Shown piece after piece: positions 29,919-38,602 of a stretch of 64,000 nucleotides of DNA. The position numbers and the translations under genes are program-made. Below the pieces are notes generated by a model. It searched no databases. It was not told the origin of the DNA and saw only the letters and a program-made list of their open reading frames with translations. The stretch is from contig OY764216.1 of NCBI GenBank assembly GCA_963668315.1, positions 1,472,001-1,536,000 of the forward strand. Direction: 5' to 3'. How positions within the stretch are numbered: position 1 is the first letter of the stretch; each line of letters opens with the position of its first letter. The stretch is from Spirochaetia bacterium. Lineage in GTDB: Bacteria; Spirochaetota; Spirochaetia; DSM-2461.

Positions 29919-29942
29919 CCGGGGAAGGCTCACCTTCCCCGG
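29919..29942 (-). terminator. Intercistronic stem-loop after the rhamnose binding-protein gene
   Basis: CCGGGGAAGG-ctca-CCTTCCCCGG, flanked by AAAA on both sides on the plus strand. Confidence 0.65.
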
Positions 29943-29955
29943 AAAAGGAAATAAC

Positions 29956-30972
29956 TTAGAAGATGCTCGCGTACTGAGCGATATTGTCTTTATTGAATAC
30001 GAAGGGTTCGCCCATGATGGTTTCACCGTCGGGACCGATGGTGATGGTTCCCATTCTTCCGGCGTCAACTTTGTCACCGGCTTTTCCGTCGATATCGCCG
30101 GCGATCATTCTGGCCAGGATATAGGTGGAGGAGTAGCCCAGGTCAACGGGATTCCAGAGAGCCATCTGGCCGCAGGTTCCGTTTTCGATGTAGTGCTGCA
30201 TTTCGGAGGGGAGGCCCAGACCTGTGATCTGAACTTTGCCCTTGAGGCCTTCGTCTTCGATAGCCTTGGAGGCTGCCAGAACGCCTACCGTGGTGGGGGA
30301 GATGATACCGGCAAGGTCGGGGTATTTCTCGAAGAGACCGACGGCCTCGCGGTAGCTCTTGTCAGCGGCGTCATCGCCGTAAACTACGTCCACCAGTTCC
30401 ATGTCTTTGTACTCGGGGGCCTTGATGGCTTCTTTCATCACGGCGATCCAGGCATTCTGGTTGGTAGCCTGTGCTGTGGCGGAAAGAATGGCAATCTTGC
30501 CTTTGTAGTCGCAGAGTTCGGCGATCAGTTTGATCTGCTGGGAACCGATCAGGTTTGTATCGGAAGGAGCCAGAGCCACTTCGCGGCCGCCGGTTGAGAT
30601 ATTGGAGTCAAAGGACATTACCCGGATACCGGCCTTCATGGCTTTTTTGGTTACCGGAATAAGAGCGTCGGGATCGTTGGCGGAAATGGCGATACCATCC
30701 ACTTTCTGAGCGATCAGGGTTTCGATAATTTCGATCTGGCCCTCTGCCGTGGCGGAACTGGGGCCCATATAGATGGATTCTACATTACCGAGCTCTTCAG
30801 CTGCTTCCACGCCACCGTCTGCCACGGCTTCAAAAAATCCGTTTCCCAGACTCTTTACCAGCAGGACGATCTTGGTTTTGCCTTCGTCAGCCGAATCGTT
30901 TGATCCGTTGGCGAAAGAAAAACCAGTAACCAGAGCCAAAAGCAGCATGGTAATGATAACTTTGTTTTTCAT
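29956..30972 (-). CDS. rhaS: Rhamnose ABC transporter substrate-binding protein
   Basis: VKSLGNGFF, ISANDPDAL, QATNQNAWI, KSYREA, TGLGLPSEM, LWNPVDLGY; next to rhaM. The symbol refers to the binding protein, not the E. coli regulator. Confidence 0.85.
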   Translation of the reverse strand: MKNKVIITMLLLALVTGFSFANGSNDSADEGKTKIVLLVKSLGNGFFEAVADGGVEAAEELGNVESIYMGPSSATAEGQIEIIETLIAQKVDGIAISANDPDALIPVTKKAMKAGIRVMSFDSNISTGGREVALAPSDTNLIGSQQIKLIAELCDYKGKIAILSATAQATNQNAWIAVMKEAIKAPEYKDMELVDVVYGDDAADKSYREAVGLFEKYPDLAGIISPTTVGVLAASKAIEDEGLKGKVQITGLGLPSEMQHYIENGTCGQMALWNPVDLGYSSTYILARMIAGDIDGKAGDKVDAGRMGTITIGPDGETIMGEPFVFNKDNIAQYASIF

Positions 30973-31041
30973 AAAAAAAACTCCTTAAAGAATTAATCTA
31001 AATTCAGCATAGCACTGATTTTTCCAAGGACCCTAGGGAGA

Positions 31042-31071
31042 AAAACTATGAAAAGGGGCGGAAAACTACGA
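31042..31071 (-). promoter_or_regulatory. Candidate binding site for the AraC-type response regulator
   Basis: AAAACTATGA (31042) / AAAACTACGA (31062), 20 bp apart, upstream of extended -10 TGcTATGCT (hexamer 31006-31011) that lacks a consensus -35. Confidence 0.45.
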
Positions 31072-31836
31072 TCGGTATCGTTTCATGTAATCGGTGGGGC
31101 TTATTCCCGTTTCCTGACGGAACAGACCGGAGAAATAGCGGCTGCTGCTGTATCCCACCCGGGCGGCTATCTCCTTGACCGTCATGGCGCTTACCGAGAG
31201 CAGAGCCTTGGCTTTCTGGATGCGCAGATCGGTCAGGTAGCGGGTGAATTTCATGCCCGTCTGCTCATGGAATACGGTGCTCAGGTAGTTGGGCGTCACC
31301 CGGAGCTGATCGGCTACCTGGGCTATGCCTATCTCCCTGTCGTACTGCTCCTCTATGAGTTTTTTCGCCCTCTCGGCCAGGAGGGCGGAGCGGTTGTCCA
31401 CGCTGTTGTCCCTTTCATCCGGTTCGAAGGGAAGGGTCTCCCCGCTGTCCCTGCTTTTTCTTTCTCCGGCTAACTGAACCAGAGCCTGTTCCAGGGCATC
31501 CTGCAGCTCCTCGGGGGAGGGGGGCTTGAGAAGATAGTCAAGCACGTTCAGGCGGAGGGCCTTCCGTGCGTAGTTGAAATCGGAATGGCCGGTCAGGATT
31601 ATCCAGACCGAGTCTTCCCTCTCCCCGGCCAGTTCCTCCAGGGCTTCCAGGCCGCTTATCCCCGGCATGCGTATATCGGCCAGGACAATCTGGGGGGCGT
31701 CCCGGCGGAAGCGGGCCATGAGTTCCGTCCCGTTTTCCGCCTCGATCACCTCATCAATGGGAAGGGAGAATTCGGATATCATGTCCTTAACGGTAAAGCG
31801 GATCAACTCTTCGTCATCGGCAATGAGCAGGGTCAT
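31066..31836 (-). CDS. YesN-like response regulator (receiver plus AraC HTH)
   Basis: LIADDE, ADIRMPG, LTGHSDFNYA, PNYLS..F, YFSGLFRQETGISP. Confidence 0.92.
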   Translation of the reverse strand: MTLLIADDEELIRFTVKDMISEFSLPIDEVIEAENGTELMARFRRDAPQIVLADIRMPGISGLEALEELAGEREDSVWIILTGHSDFNYARKALRLNVLDYLLKPPSPEELQDALEQALVQLAGERKSRDSGETLPFEPDERDNSVDNRSALLAERAKKLIEEQYDREIGIAQVADQLRVTPNYLSTVFHEQTGMKFTRYLTDLRIQKAKALLSVSAMTVKEIAARVGYSSSRYFSGLFRQETGISPTDYMKRYRS

Positions 31837-33710
31837 AGGTCTTCCTTTTCAATCAGGGTTATGATTATGGATGTTCCCTTTCCCGGCGAGCTGTTCAGCA
31901 CCAGGTCGGAACCGGGGAAGGTCATCTTGAGCCTTTCCGTCACATTCCTGAGGCCTACGTGAGATTCGGTTTTTTTCGGATCAAACCCGACGCCCCCGTC
32001 GGTCAGGGTCAGGATAATTCTGCGGCGCCCGTCCCGGTAGTAGACTTCGCCCTTGAGGCTCACTTCCCCCCCCTCTTCACAGGGCTCGAGGCCGTGGACG
32101 ATGGCGTTCTCCACCAGGGGCTGCAGCAGGAGACGGGGAAGATGGACATTCCTCAGCTCCCCGGGAATGGAAAAGTCGTACCGGAGCCGGTTTCCGAAAC
32201 GGATTTTCTGCAGTTCGCAGTAGGTAATAAGAAAATCCGTTTCCTCCCCCAGGGTGGACCATTTTTCCTGATGGGTCACATAGCGGAGCATCTCCCGCAG
32301 GGAGAGAATCGCCTTCTCCAGCTGTTTCTGATCCCCCATGCGGTTCAGGCCGACGAAGCCGTTAAGAACGTTATAGATAAAATGGGGCTGAACCTGGGAC
32401 TGGAGCGCATTATATTCGGCATCCCTCTTTTCCAGGACTTCCCGGTATTTCGTATGGTTATCCAGCGCCAGGGAGACATAATCGGCAAAATTATTCATAC
32501 GGATGACGGACAGGTCGGAGAACTGTTTATCCCGGTCATCGATGACGGACATGAGAAGCCCGATAAGGGAACCATCAATGAGAAGGGGCAGAATGATTCT
32601 TTTCAGCGGCAGGGAGGAGGGCAGGGGATTTCCCCTGCGCAGCAGGGCGTACTCTTCTTCGGACAGGGGGAGAATCTCCTCCGTCGGATGGTCTCCCCCT
32701 TTGTGTACCTTGAGCACCATCTGGTGATTAATGGGCTCGTAAAGATAAACAGCCGCCCTGTCCGCCATGGTGTCATTGATGATCGTATCCGCCACCAGTT
32801 CCAGGACCTCCTCCCGGGAGGATCCTTCCACAAGGGACGTGCCCATATCACGGGTCAGATTCAGAATACCGTCGATATTGGCCTTCAAATCGGCGGAAAG
32901 GCTGTTGACGCTGACCAGCAGCCCGGTAAGTTCATCCTTGTCGTTTTTTTCTGAGGTATAGGTGAAATCTCCCCGGGCAATCCGGGAGAAGGCCTGGTTC
33001 ACCCGGGATATTTTCCTGATAATCTCCATGGAGAGGAGCCGGGCGTAAACAATGGACAGGCTGCCGGCGAAGAGACTGAACACGATGAAAGTCAGAAAGA
33101 GATTCCGCTCCAGCCTGAGGCTTTTCTCCCTGAAGGAGGAGAAAAAGTGGTTCATGTAACTTTCAAAGGTATTGGTAAAGTAATAGGAGGTATCCCGGAA
33201 TTCCTGGAAGAAGGGGTTCAGATCGGCATCAACCTGCATGGCCCGGTAAAGATTCTCTCCCTCCAGATCCATACCCTGAATGACCAGGAGAATGGAGGAC
33301 ATGGTATCGAGCCGTTTCAGGGCGCGCTCATTCAGAGTCAGGGCCGTATCGTAGCTGTCCTGAAGCTCATCCTCCTGAAAGATATCCATCTCCCTGTCGT
33401 CGAGGAAATCATCAAAGGTTTTCTGGTACTCCCTGACGGCCTTTTCCCAGGTCCTGAAGGTTACCAGAGAACGGGGAGAGTAGGTAAGGGAGCGTATCTG
33501 ACCGTATACCTGCGGGGCGAAAAGGTCGAAAACCAGATCCTTCATAAGCCCCATGACGCGCTGGGACTGGTTCAGGAGCTCCTGACCCAGAAATATGGTC
33601 TGATTCAGACGCTGAACCCTGTTGCCGTTCCAGAGGGACAGTCCCGTTATGGAAAGGAGGGAGAAAATCATGAGGCCGTTCAGAATGAGCAGTTTCCGCC
33701 GGATTTTCAT
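31833..33710 (-). CDS. YesM-like sensor histidine kinase (periplasmic sensor, HAMP, GAF-like insert)
   Basis: ALQSQVQPHFIYNVL, LQPLVENAIVHG, DGGVG, HVGLRNV. Confidence 0.9.
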   Translation of the reverse strand: MKIRRKLLILNGLMIFSLLSITGLSLWNGNRVQRLNQTIFLGQELLNQSQRVMGLMKDLVFDLFAPQVYGQIRSLTYSPRSLVTFRTWEKAVREYQKTFDDFLDDREMDIFQEDELQDSYDTALTLNERALKRLDTMSSILLVIQGMDLEGENLYRAMQVDADLNPFFQEFRDTSYYFTNTFESYMNHFFSSFREKSLRLERNLFLTFIVFSLFAGSLSIVYARLLSMEIIRKISRVNQAFSRIARGDFTYTSEKNDKDELTGLLVSVNSLSADLKANIDGILNLTRDMGTSLVEGSSREEVLELVADTIINDTMADRAAVYLYEPINHQMVLKVHKGGDHPTEEILPLSEEEYALLRRGNPLPSSLPLKRIILPLLIDGSLIGLLMSVIDDRDKQFSDLSVIRMNNFADYVSLALDNHTKYREVLEKRDAEYNALQSQVQPHFIYNVLNGFVGLNRMGDQKQLEKAILSLREMLRYVTHQEKWSTLGEETDFLITYCELQKIRFGNRLRYDFSIPGELRNVHLPRLLLQPLVENAIVHGLEPCEEGGEVSLKGEVYYRDGRRRIILTLTDGGVGFDPKKTESHVGLRNVTERLKMTFPGSDLVLNSSPGKGTSIIITLIEKEDL

Positions 33711-33837
33711 AGTCCACCCTATCATAACATATATTCAGCCATTGACCAGCTCTTTTTAAGCCGTCCCGCCGGGCAATATCCGTGAGGGAGAAGGAGGGTA
33801 TCGTTTTTTTATTTGGATGGGAAGGTTGAAAATTCAG

Positions 33838-33884
33838 TAAAAAAACGGCGGTCCCGGTCGGTCCATCACCGGCCGCGGCCGCCG
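33838..33884 (-). terminator. Intrinsic terminator of the CBS-EIIA-NhaD operon
   Basis: Long GC-rich imperfect stem at 33846-33884 followed by a T7 tract on the minus strand, 8 nt after the stop codon. Confidence 0.75.
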
Positions 33885-33892
33885 CAAAGGGG

Positions 33893-35167
33893 TCAATAGT
33901 AACGTATCATTATATAGGCGAAGCTTATGCCCAGACTCAGAAGAGTGATGGGAACGCCGTATTTCAGATAGCTTCCGAAAGAGAGGGACACGTTGTTTTT
34001 CTTGGCAAAGCCGAACATGATGACGTTGGCGGAAGCTCCGACGAGAGTTCCGTTGCCGCCCAGACAGGCGCCCAGGGAGAGGCTCCACCAGAGGGGGCCC
34101 AGTTCCGCGGCTGCATGACCGGTTCCCACCAGCTTGACCACGGGAATGAAGGTGGCCACCAGGGGAATATTATCGAGGATACCGGAGAAAATACCCGAGA
34201 AGAAGAGAAGAAGGCTGCTTGTCGCCTGCATCTCCCCCTGCGTCAGGTGGATCATCCATTCGGCCAGACTGTCAATGATTCCGGCGTATTCCAGAACGCC
34301 AACCATGATGAAAAGGCCGATGAAGAAGAGAATCGTATCCCATTCCACTTTCTTGAGCAGCTCCTCTATGTCGTTTTCAGACCAGATGATGAGAGCGCAG
34401 GCCCCGATGAGGGCGATGATGCTCGGCTCCGTTTCCAGGGCGCCGTGGAGGATGAACCCCAGAAGAACGAATCCCAGAACGACTAGGGATTTTTTCATCA
34501 GCTTCGGATTATGGATCATCTTCTTCTCATCCATTCTGAGAATGCGGTCCTTATTTTCCTGGGTTATGGTCAGGTACTTCCTGAAAATCAGCAGTAGCAC
34601 GAGAACGGTCACGACCGAAATTATCAGGACGACCGGCGCCACATTGGTGATGAAGGCCATAAAAGAGAGCTGGGCGGCCGATCCGATCATGATATTGGGG
34701 GGATCTCCGATCAGCGTGGCCGTACCGCCTATGTTGGACGCCAGAATCTCCGTGATGATGAAGGGGAGGGCATTAATCTCCATCTGGGTCGTCAGCAGCA
34801 GGGTAACGGGGGAGATCAGGAGGACCGTGGTGACATTATCGAGGAGGGCGGAGAAAATCGCCGTAATGAAAAAGAGAACCACGAGAAAGCTGACCGGATT
34901 GGCCTTTACCGCCTTGGCCGCCTTGATGGCAACAAATTCGAATACGCCGCACTGTTCGGTGATTTTCACAATCAGCATCATGCCCATGAGAAGGAAAATA
35001 ACGTTGGTATCGATATGTTCCACCGCTTCATGGAAGGGGATGAAGTGGAAGACCAAGTAAATACAGGCTCCCAGAAGCACGGCAATGGCTTTGTTTATCT
35101 TTTCCGTTACGAATAGTGTGTAAATGAGAATGAAAATTCCCAAAGCTAAAATGGTATGTATGTTCAT
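33893..35167 (-). CDS. ArsB/NhaD-family (ion transporter superfamily) permease
   Basis: SALLDNVTTVLL, ASNIGGTATLIGDPPNIMIG, VEWDTILFF, SLGACLGGNGTLVGASAN. Confidence 0.9.
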   Translation of the reverse strand: MNIHTILALGIFILIYTLFVTEKINKAIAVLLGACIYLVFHFIPFHEAVEHIDTNVIFLLMGMMLIVKITEQCGVFEFVAIKAAKAVKANPVSFLVVLFFITAIFSALLDNVTTVLLISPVTLLLTTQMEINALPFIITEILASNIGGTATLIGDPPNIMIGSAAQLSFMAFITNVAPVVLIISVVTVLVLLLIFRKYLTITQENKDRILRMDEKKMIHNPKLMKKSLVVLGFVLLGFILHGALETEPSIIALIGACALIIWSENDIEELLKKVEWDTILFFIGLFIMVGVLEYAGIIDSLAEWMIHLTQGEMQATSSLLLFFSGIFSGILDNIPLVATFIPVVKLVGTGHAAAELGPLWWSLSLGACLGGNGTLVGASANVIMFGFAKKNNVSLSFGSYLKYGVPITLLSLGISFAYIMIRYY

Positions 35168-36063
35168 TAAGGCCTCAGCATTTTATCTATAATCTGATTG
35201 GGATGTATAATTCCCTTAAGGTTATCCATGGGGTCCATAACAAGGAGATGGCGCCGGTTGCCCTTTATCATAAGAAAGAATATCTCGGGATAGCTGGCGT
35301 CGCTGCGGACAATATAGGGACGGTAATCCCGTTTGAACTCGCTGACCTTCAGCTCATTTTCCCGGCTCCAGAAAAACTTTACCGGCTTGAAATCCTGTAT
35401 GAGTGAGAGATCGCTCAGGCTGAAGACGTAATCGGGAAAGCCCGCCTTCAGGAGATCCACCAGATCGAGAACGCCGCAGAGCTTATTCGTACTGCGGGAC
35501 AGGATGGGAAGAAGGTAGACCGAGTGCTGTTTCATGAGGTCAAGAGCTCTTCCCACCGTATCGTCTTCATAAACGGTGGGCCACTTCTTCGCCAGGTCGG
35601 AAGCCTTGAGAGGCATTCCGGTGATATGGGTCGATTCGCTGATGACGCTCAGAATATCTTCCGGTTTCGAACTGCGGTTGAGGCGATCGGCCTCCTCTTT
35701 CATCAGTTTTCCGATATCCTGCAGAATGGCAAGATAGGCGTTTCCCTCGTTGCCGGAGGTCAGGATGGAAATAATGTAACGGATGCTGTTTCCATCGGGC
35801 AGGAGAAGGGGCTTTTTACAGCGGATAAACAGGATGTGGATCCCTTCTACCAGAGGACTGTGGTTATGGGGCATGACCGTATCGGCTCCGATCCAGGTGG
35901 ATCCGATTTTCTCACGCTGCTGTAAAAGGTCCAGCACTTTGTCCTTTCCCAGGGATGTGGATTCCCCGAATTGTTCCGCCAGGAAGAGAAGAGCCTCCTC
36001 CCAGTCTGAAAAATGTTTGTCCAGGAAAACTTTTTCCCGGGATAGGTACTTGCTAAACGGCAT
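35167..36063 (-). CDS. PTS EIIA-type domain fused to a CBS pair
   Basis: REKIGSTWIGADTVMPH matches the EIIA phospho-His motif; C-terminal DTVGRALDLM...LLPI...GVLDLVDLL is CBS-like. Confidence 0.8.
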   Translation of the reverse strand: MPFSKYLSREKVFLDKHFSDWEEALLFLAEQFGESTSLGKDKVLDLLQQREKIGSTWIGADTVMPHNHSPLVEGIHILFIRCKKPLLLPDGNSIRYIISILTSGNEGNAYLAILQDIGKLMKEEADRLNRSSKPEDILSVISESTHITGMPLKASDLAKKWPTVYEDDTVGRALDLMKQHSVYLLPILSRSTNKLCGVLDLVDLLKAGFPDYVFSLSDLSLIQDFKPVKFFWSRENELKVSEFKRDYRPYIVRSDASYPEIFFLMIKGNRRHLLVMDPMDNLKGIIHPNQIIDKMLRP

Positions 36064-36511
36064 AAAGGCGCTCCCTGTTGCCTACGGGCAGTATTTTAAG
36101 AAGGCTGTCGACGGAAACTTCGCCGAGGAGGCAGCCTTTCTTGTCCAAAAGAGGCAGATAGTTCTGATCGCTTTCCACGAAAAGAGCCAGGGCTTCGGCC
36201 ATGCTCTGGCCGGGCGTCAGGTAGGGAAAACGGCTATCCATAAGGTCAATGACCCGGATCTTGTCCAGCCTGTCATCCAGTTCGGGATCGAAGGCGATAC
36301 TTTCGAGGGTACAGTAGAGAGGAGCCAGAAATTCAAGAATCTTCGTCTTCTTTATGACTCCCTGAAGCTGTTCCTGGCAGTCTACGATATAAAAATTGTT
36401 AATTTTCCAGTTAGCCATAAAGGGGTGGAGAATGTCTTTTAATGTGGCGTTTACGGGAAAGAATACCGGTCCCCGGCTGTCTGTTATTTCTGATACTGTG
36501 ATATTTTTCAT
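36053..36511 (-). CDS. Stand-alone CBS-pair protein
   Basis: YIVD...LQGVI and EALALFVE...LPLLDKKGCLLGEVS repeats; SD AAGGA 6 nt upstream. Confidence 0.8.
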   Translation of the reverse strand: MKNITVSEITDSRGPVFFPVNATLKDILHPFMANWKINNFYIVDCQEQLQGVIKKTKILEFLAPLYCTLESIAFDPELDDRLDKIRVIDLMDSRFPYLTPGQSMAEALALFVESDQNYLPLLDKKGCLLGEVSVDSLLKILPVGNRERLYAV

Positions 36512-36563
36512 TTTAATTCCTTATCCTTCTGTAATTAAGAGTTTTTTCTTTGTGCGGTGAAAA

Positions 36564-36923
36564 TCAGATAAGGACGGGGGGAGCTCTCAGATGAAGAAAC
36601 TGCAGATGGGAGGAGGAGGCATGACCCAGAGACCGGAAAATCTTGAGCCTGTGCTTGACGCCATGGGTGTGGTGGATGGCCGCCAGGGCCAGGGCCAGGG
36701 CCAGGTTGTGGGGCGCCGATTCCCTGCTGCTTTCTTCGTTCTCTTCAGATCCGACGTTTTCTTCCCCTTCCAGCAGAACCAGGTCATCCAGGGGTAAATT
36801 TTCCCCGGCTCTGGAAAAATAGGCATATCCCGTATCGGATATCTCTTCCAGGTGAAGAGGAGCTGCCTCCCAGGCAAGGAGGAAGGCGGGAAGTAAAAGA
36901 AAGGTGAAAAGAATCTTTCTCAT
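36564..36923 (-). CDS. Putative RAPP-type ribosome-arrest leader protein (119 aa)
   Basis: Signal-like MRKILFTFLLLPAFLLA, acidic linker, LALALALAAI segment, His-rich stretch, ends LRAPPVLI*. Promoter TTGACT (36953-36958) -17- TACACT (36930-36935). Confidence 0.65.
   Translation of the reverse strand: MRKILFTFLLLPAFLLAWEAAPLHLEEISDTGYAYFSRAGENLPLDDLVLLEGEENVGSEENEESSRESAPHNLALALALAAIHHTHGVKHRLKIFRSLGHASSSHLQFLHLRAPPVLI
36682..36705. repeat. (GCCAGG)4 in-frame hexamer repeat
   Basis: Four perfect copies encoding the Leu-Ala run on the minus strand. Confidence 0.9.
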
Positions 36924-37002
36924 ACTGGCAGTGTAGGCAAATCGGGGGGAGAAGTCAAGAGAATCAACGGACAAAATAGGACAATAACGGACAAAGTTCG
37001 AA

Positions 37003-37521
37003 TCACTGGTATTCAAGGGGGCGGGGAAAAAAGGTGGTAAATGTGAGGAAAAGAGCCTCTACCCCCTTCTTCGGGGAGTTTTTCTCCATCTGGACCAGTT
37101 TCCCGTTGAAAAAGAAGCCGAAATCGGCCCGGCTGCGTCTCGGCAGTCCGCGGGACATCATACTATCCTCTTCGGAACGGTGATAATCGTAGATCCGGTA
37201 GTTCAATGCCGTCAGATCGTCAAAGGAAAAAAGCTGTTCCCGGTAGAGAAAAATCAGCCCCTTTCTAATGCGGCAAATCTCCTCTTTCCTGTCAAAGCTT
37301 ACCGAGTACCGGTACATGCACCCCAGAAAAAGAAGGAGGGGCATGAGAAAGGTATTGATCTTCCCCGCCAGGGACGCCTTCGAGAAATCCTCTCCGCTCA
37401 TGTTTGTGGCAAAGGTCAGAAGAACGGAGAGAAAGAGAAAAATCAGAATTCCCCGCAGGAAGGGATTCATGGAGAAGCTGAGAGTGTCTTTCCTGATTAT
37501 GCGGGCCGAATAGAACGTCAT
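37003..37521 (-). CDS. Hypothetical membrane protein (two TM), last gene of the peptide ABC operon
   Basis: Starts 3 nt after the oppF-like stop; two hydrophobic segments then a soluble tail. Confidence 0.7.
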   Translation of the reverse strand: MTFYSARIIRKDTLSFSMNPFLRGILIFLFLSVLLTFATNMSGEDFSKASLAGKINTFLMPLLLFLGCMYRYSVSFDRKEEICRIRKGLIFLYREQLFSFDDLTALNYRIYDYHRSEEDSMMSRGLPRRSRADFGFFFNGKLVQMEKNSPKKGVEALFLTFTTFFPRPLEYQ

Positions 37522-37524
37522 GGC

Positions 37525-38601
37525 CTACTCGTAAAGCCAGCAGGCGACTTTGTGATTCGGACCGATCTCCTTCAGGGGGGGCATCTCCTTTTTACACTTC
37601 TCCATGCATTGGGCACAGCGCGGGTGGAAGTGGCAGCCCGACGGGGGATTGATGGGGGAGGGGACATCCCCTTCCAGCAGAATCCGTTTCCTCTTCGTTT
37701 CCGGATCGGGCACGGGCACGGCGGATATAAGCGCTTTCGTATAGGGGTGGTACCGGTTCTCGTAGAGAGATTTCCGGTCGGCGATCTCCACGATTCTTCC
37801 CAGATACATGACCGCCACGCTGTCGGAAAAGTACTCCACCACGCTCAGATCGTGGGCGATGAAAAGGTAGGTCAGATCCAGTTTTGATTTCAGATCGTTT
37901 AACAGTTCCAGAATCTGCACCTGTATGGAAACGTCCAAGGCGGACACGGGCTCATCAAGCACGAGCAGTTTGGGTTCCAGGGCCAGGGCGCGGGCGATCC
38001 CGATCCTCTGCCTCTGGCCGCCGGAAAACTCGTGGGGATAGCGGTTGATGTAGGAGGGGTCGAGACCGGTGGCCTCCATCAGGTACTCCACCCGTTCCCT
38101 TCTGAGGCGGCTGTCCTTGAATACTCGATGGATATCGAGCCCTTCGGCGATTATGTCTCCCACGGGAATACGGGGATTAAGAGAGCCGAAGGGATCCTGG
38201 AACATCATCTGGAAATCGCTTCTGGCCGCCCTCAGGTCCTTTTTATTGAAGGAGTAATGGTCATACTGATTTTTAAGGTGTTTCCACTCTTCCTCATTTT
38301 CCCGGTTGCCCTCTTTGATCTGGGCTTCCAGTTCTTTCATGCGGGCGATGATTTCCGGCTCCACATCAAAGAACATCTCCCCTTCCGTGGGCTGGTACAG
38401 GGCGATCAGAGTCCGCCCGGCCGTGGTTTTCCCGCAGCCCGATTCCCCCACCAGGCCGAAGGTTTTGCCCCGCTCTATGGTGAAGCTGATGCCGTCCACC
38501 GCCTTCACATGGCCCACCGTTTTTCGAAAGATGCCCGCTTTGACGGGAAAGTATTTTTTCAGATTGTATACTTCCAGCAGATTTTTATTCTTTTCCGCCA
38601 T
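37525..38601 (-). CDS. oppF: Oligopeptide/dipeptide ABC ATP-binding protein (OppF/DppF)
   Basis: GESGCGKTT, YPHEFSGGQRQRI, DEPVSALD, PSPINPPSGCHFHPRC. Confidence 0.88.
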   Translation of the reverse strand: MAEKNKNLLEVYNLKKYFPVKAGIFRKTVGHVKAVDGISFTIERGKTFGLVGESGCGKTTAGRTLIALYQPTEGEMFFDVEPEIIARMKELEAQIKEGNRENEEEWKHLKNQYDHYSFNKKDLRAARSDFQMMFQDPFGSLNPRIPVGDIIAEGLDIHRVFKDSRLRRERVEYLMEATGLDPSYINRYPHEFSGGQRQRIGIARALALEPKLLVLDEPVSALDVSIQVQILELLNDLKSKLDLTYLFIAHDLSVVEYFSDSVAVMYLGRIVEIADRKSLYENRYHPYTKALISAVPVPDPETKRKRILLEGDVPSPINPPSGCHFHPRCAQCMEKCKKEMPPLKEIGPNHKVACWLYE

Positions 38602-38602
38602 A

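Noticed and set aside
36924..37016. Longer 150-aa version of the RAPP leader
   Set aside because: The extension overlaps the upstream gene and contains the promoter; ATG 36923 gives a clean signal-like N-terminus.
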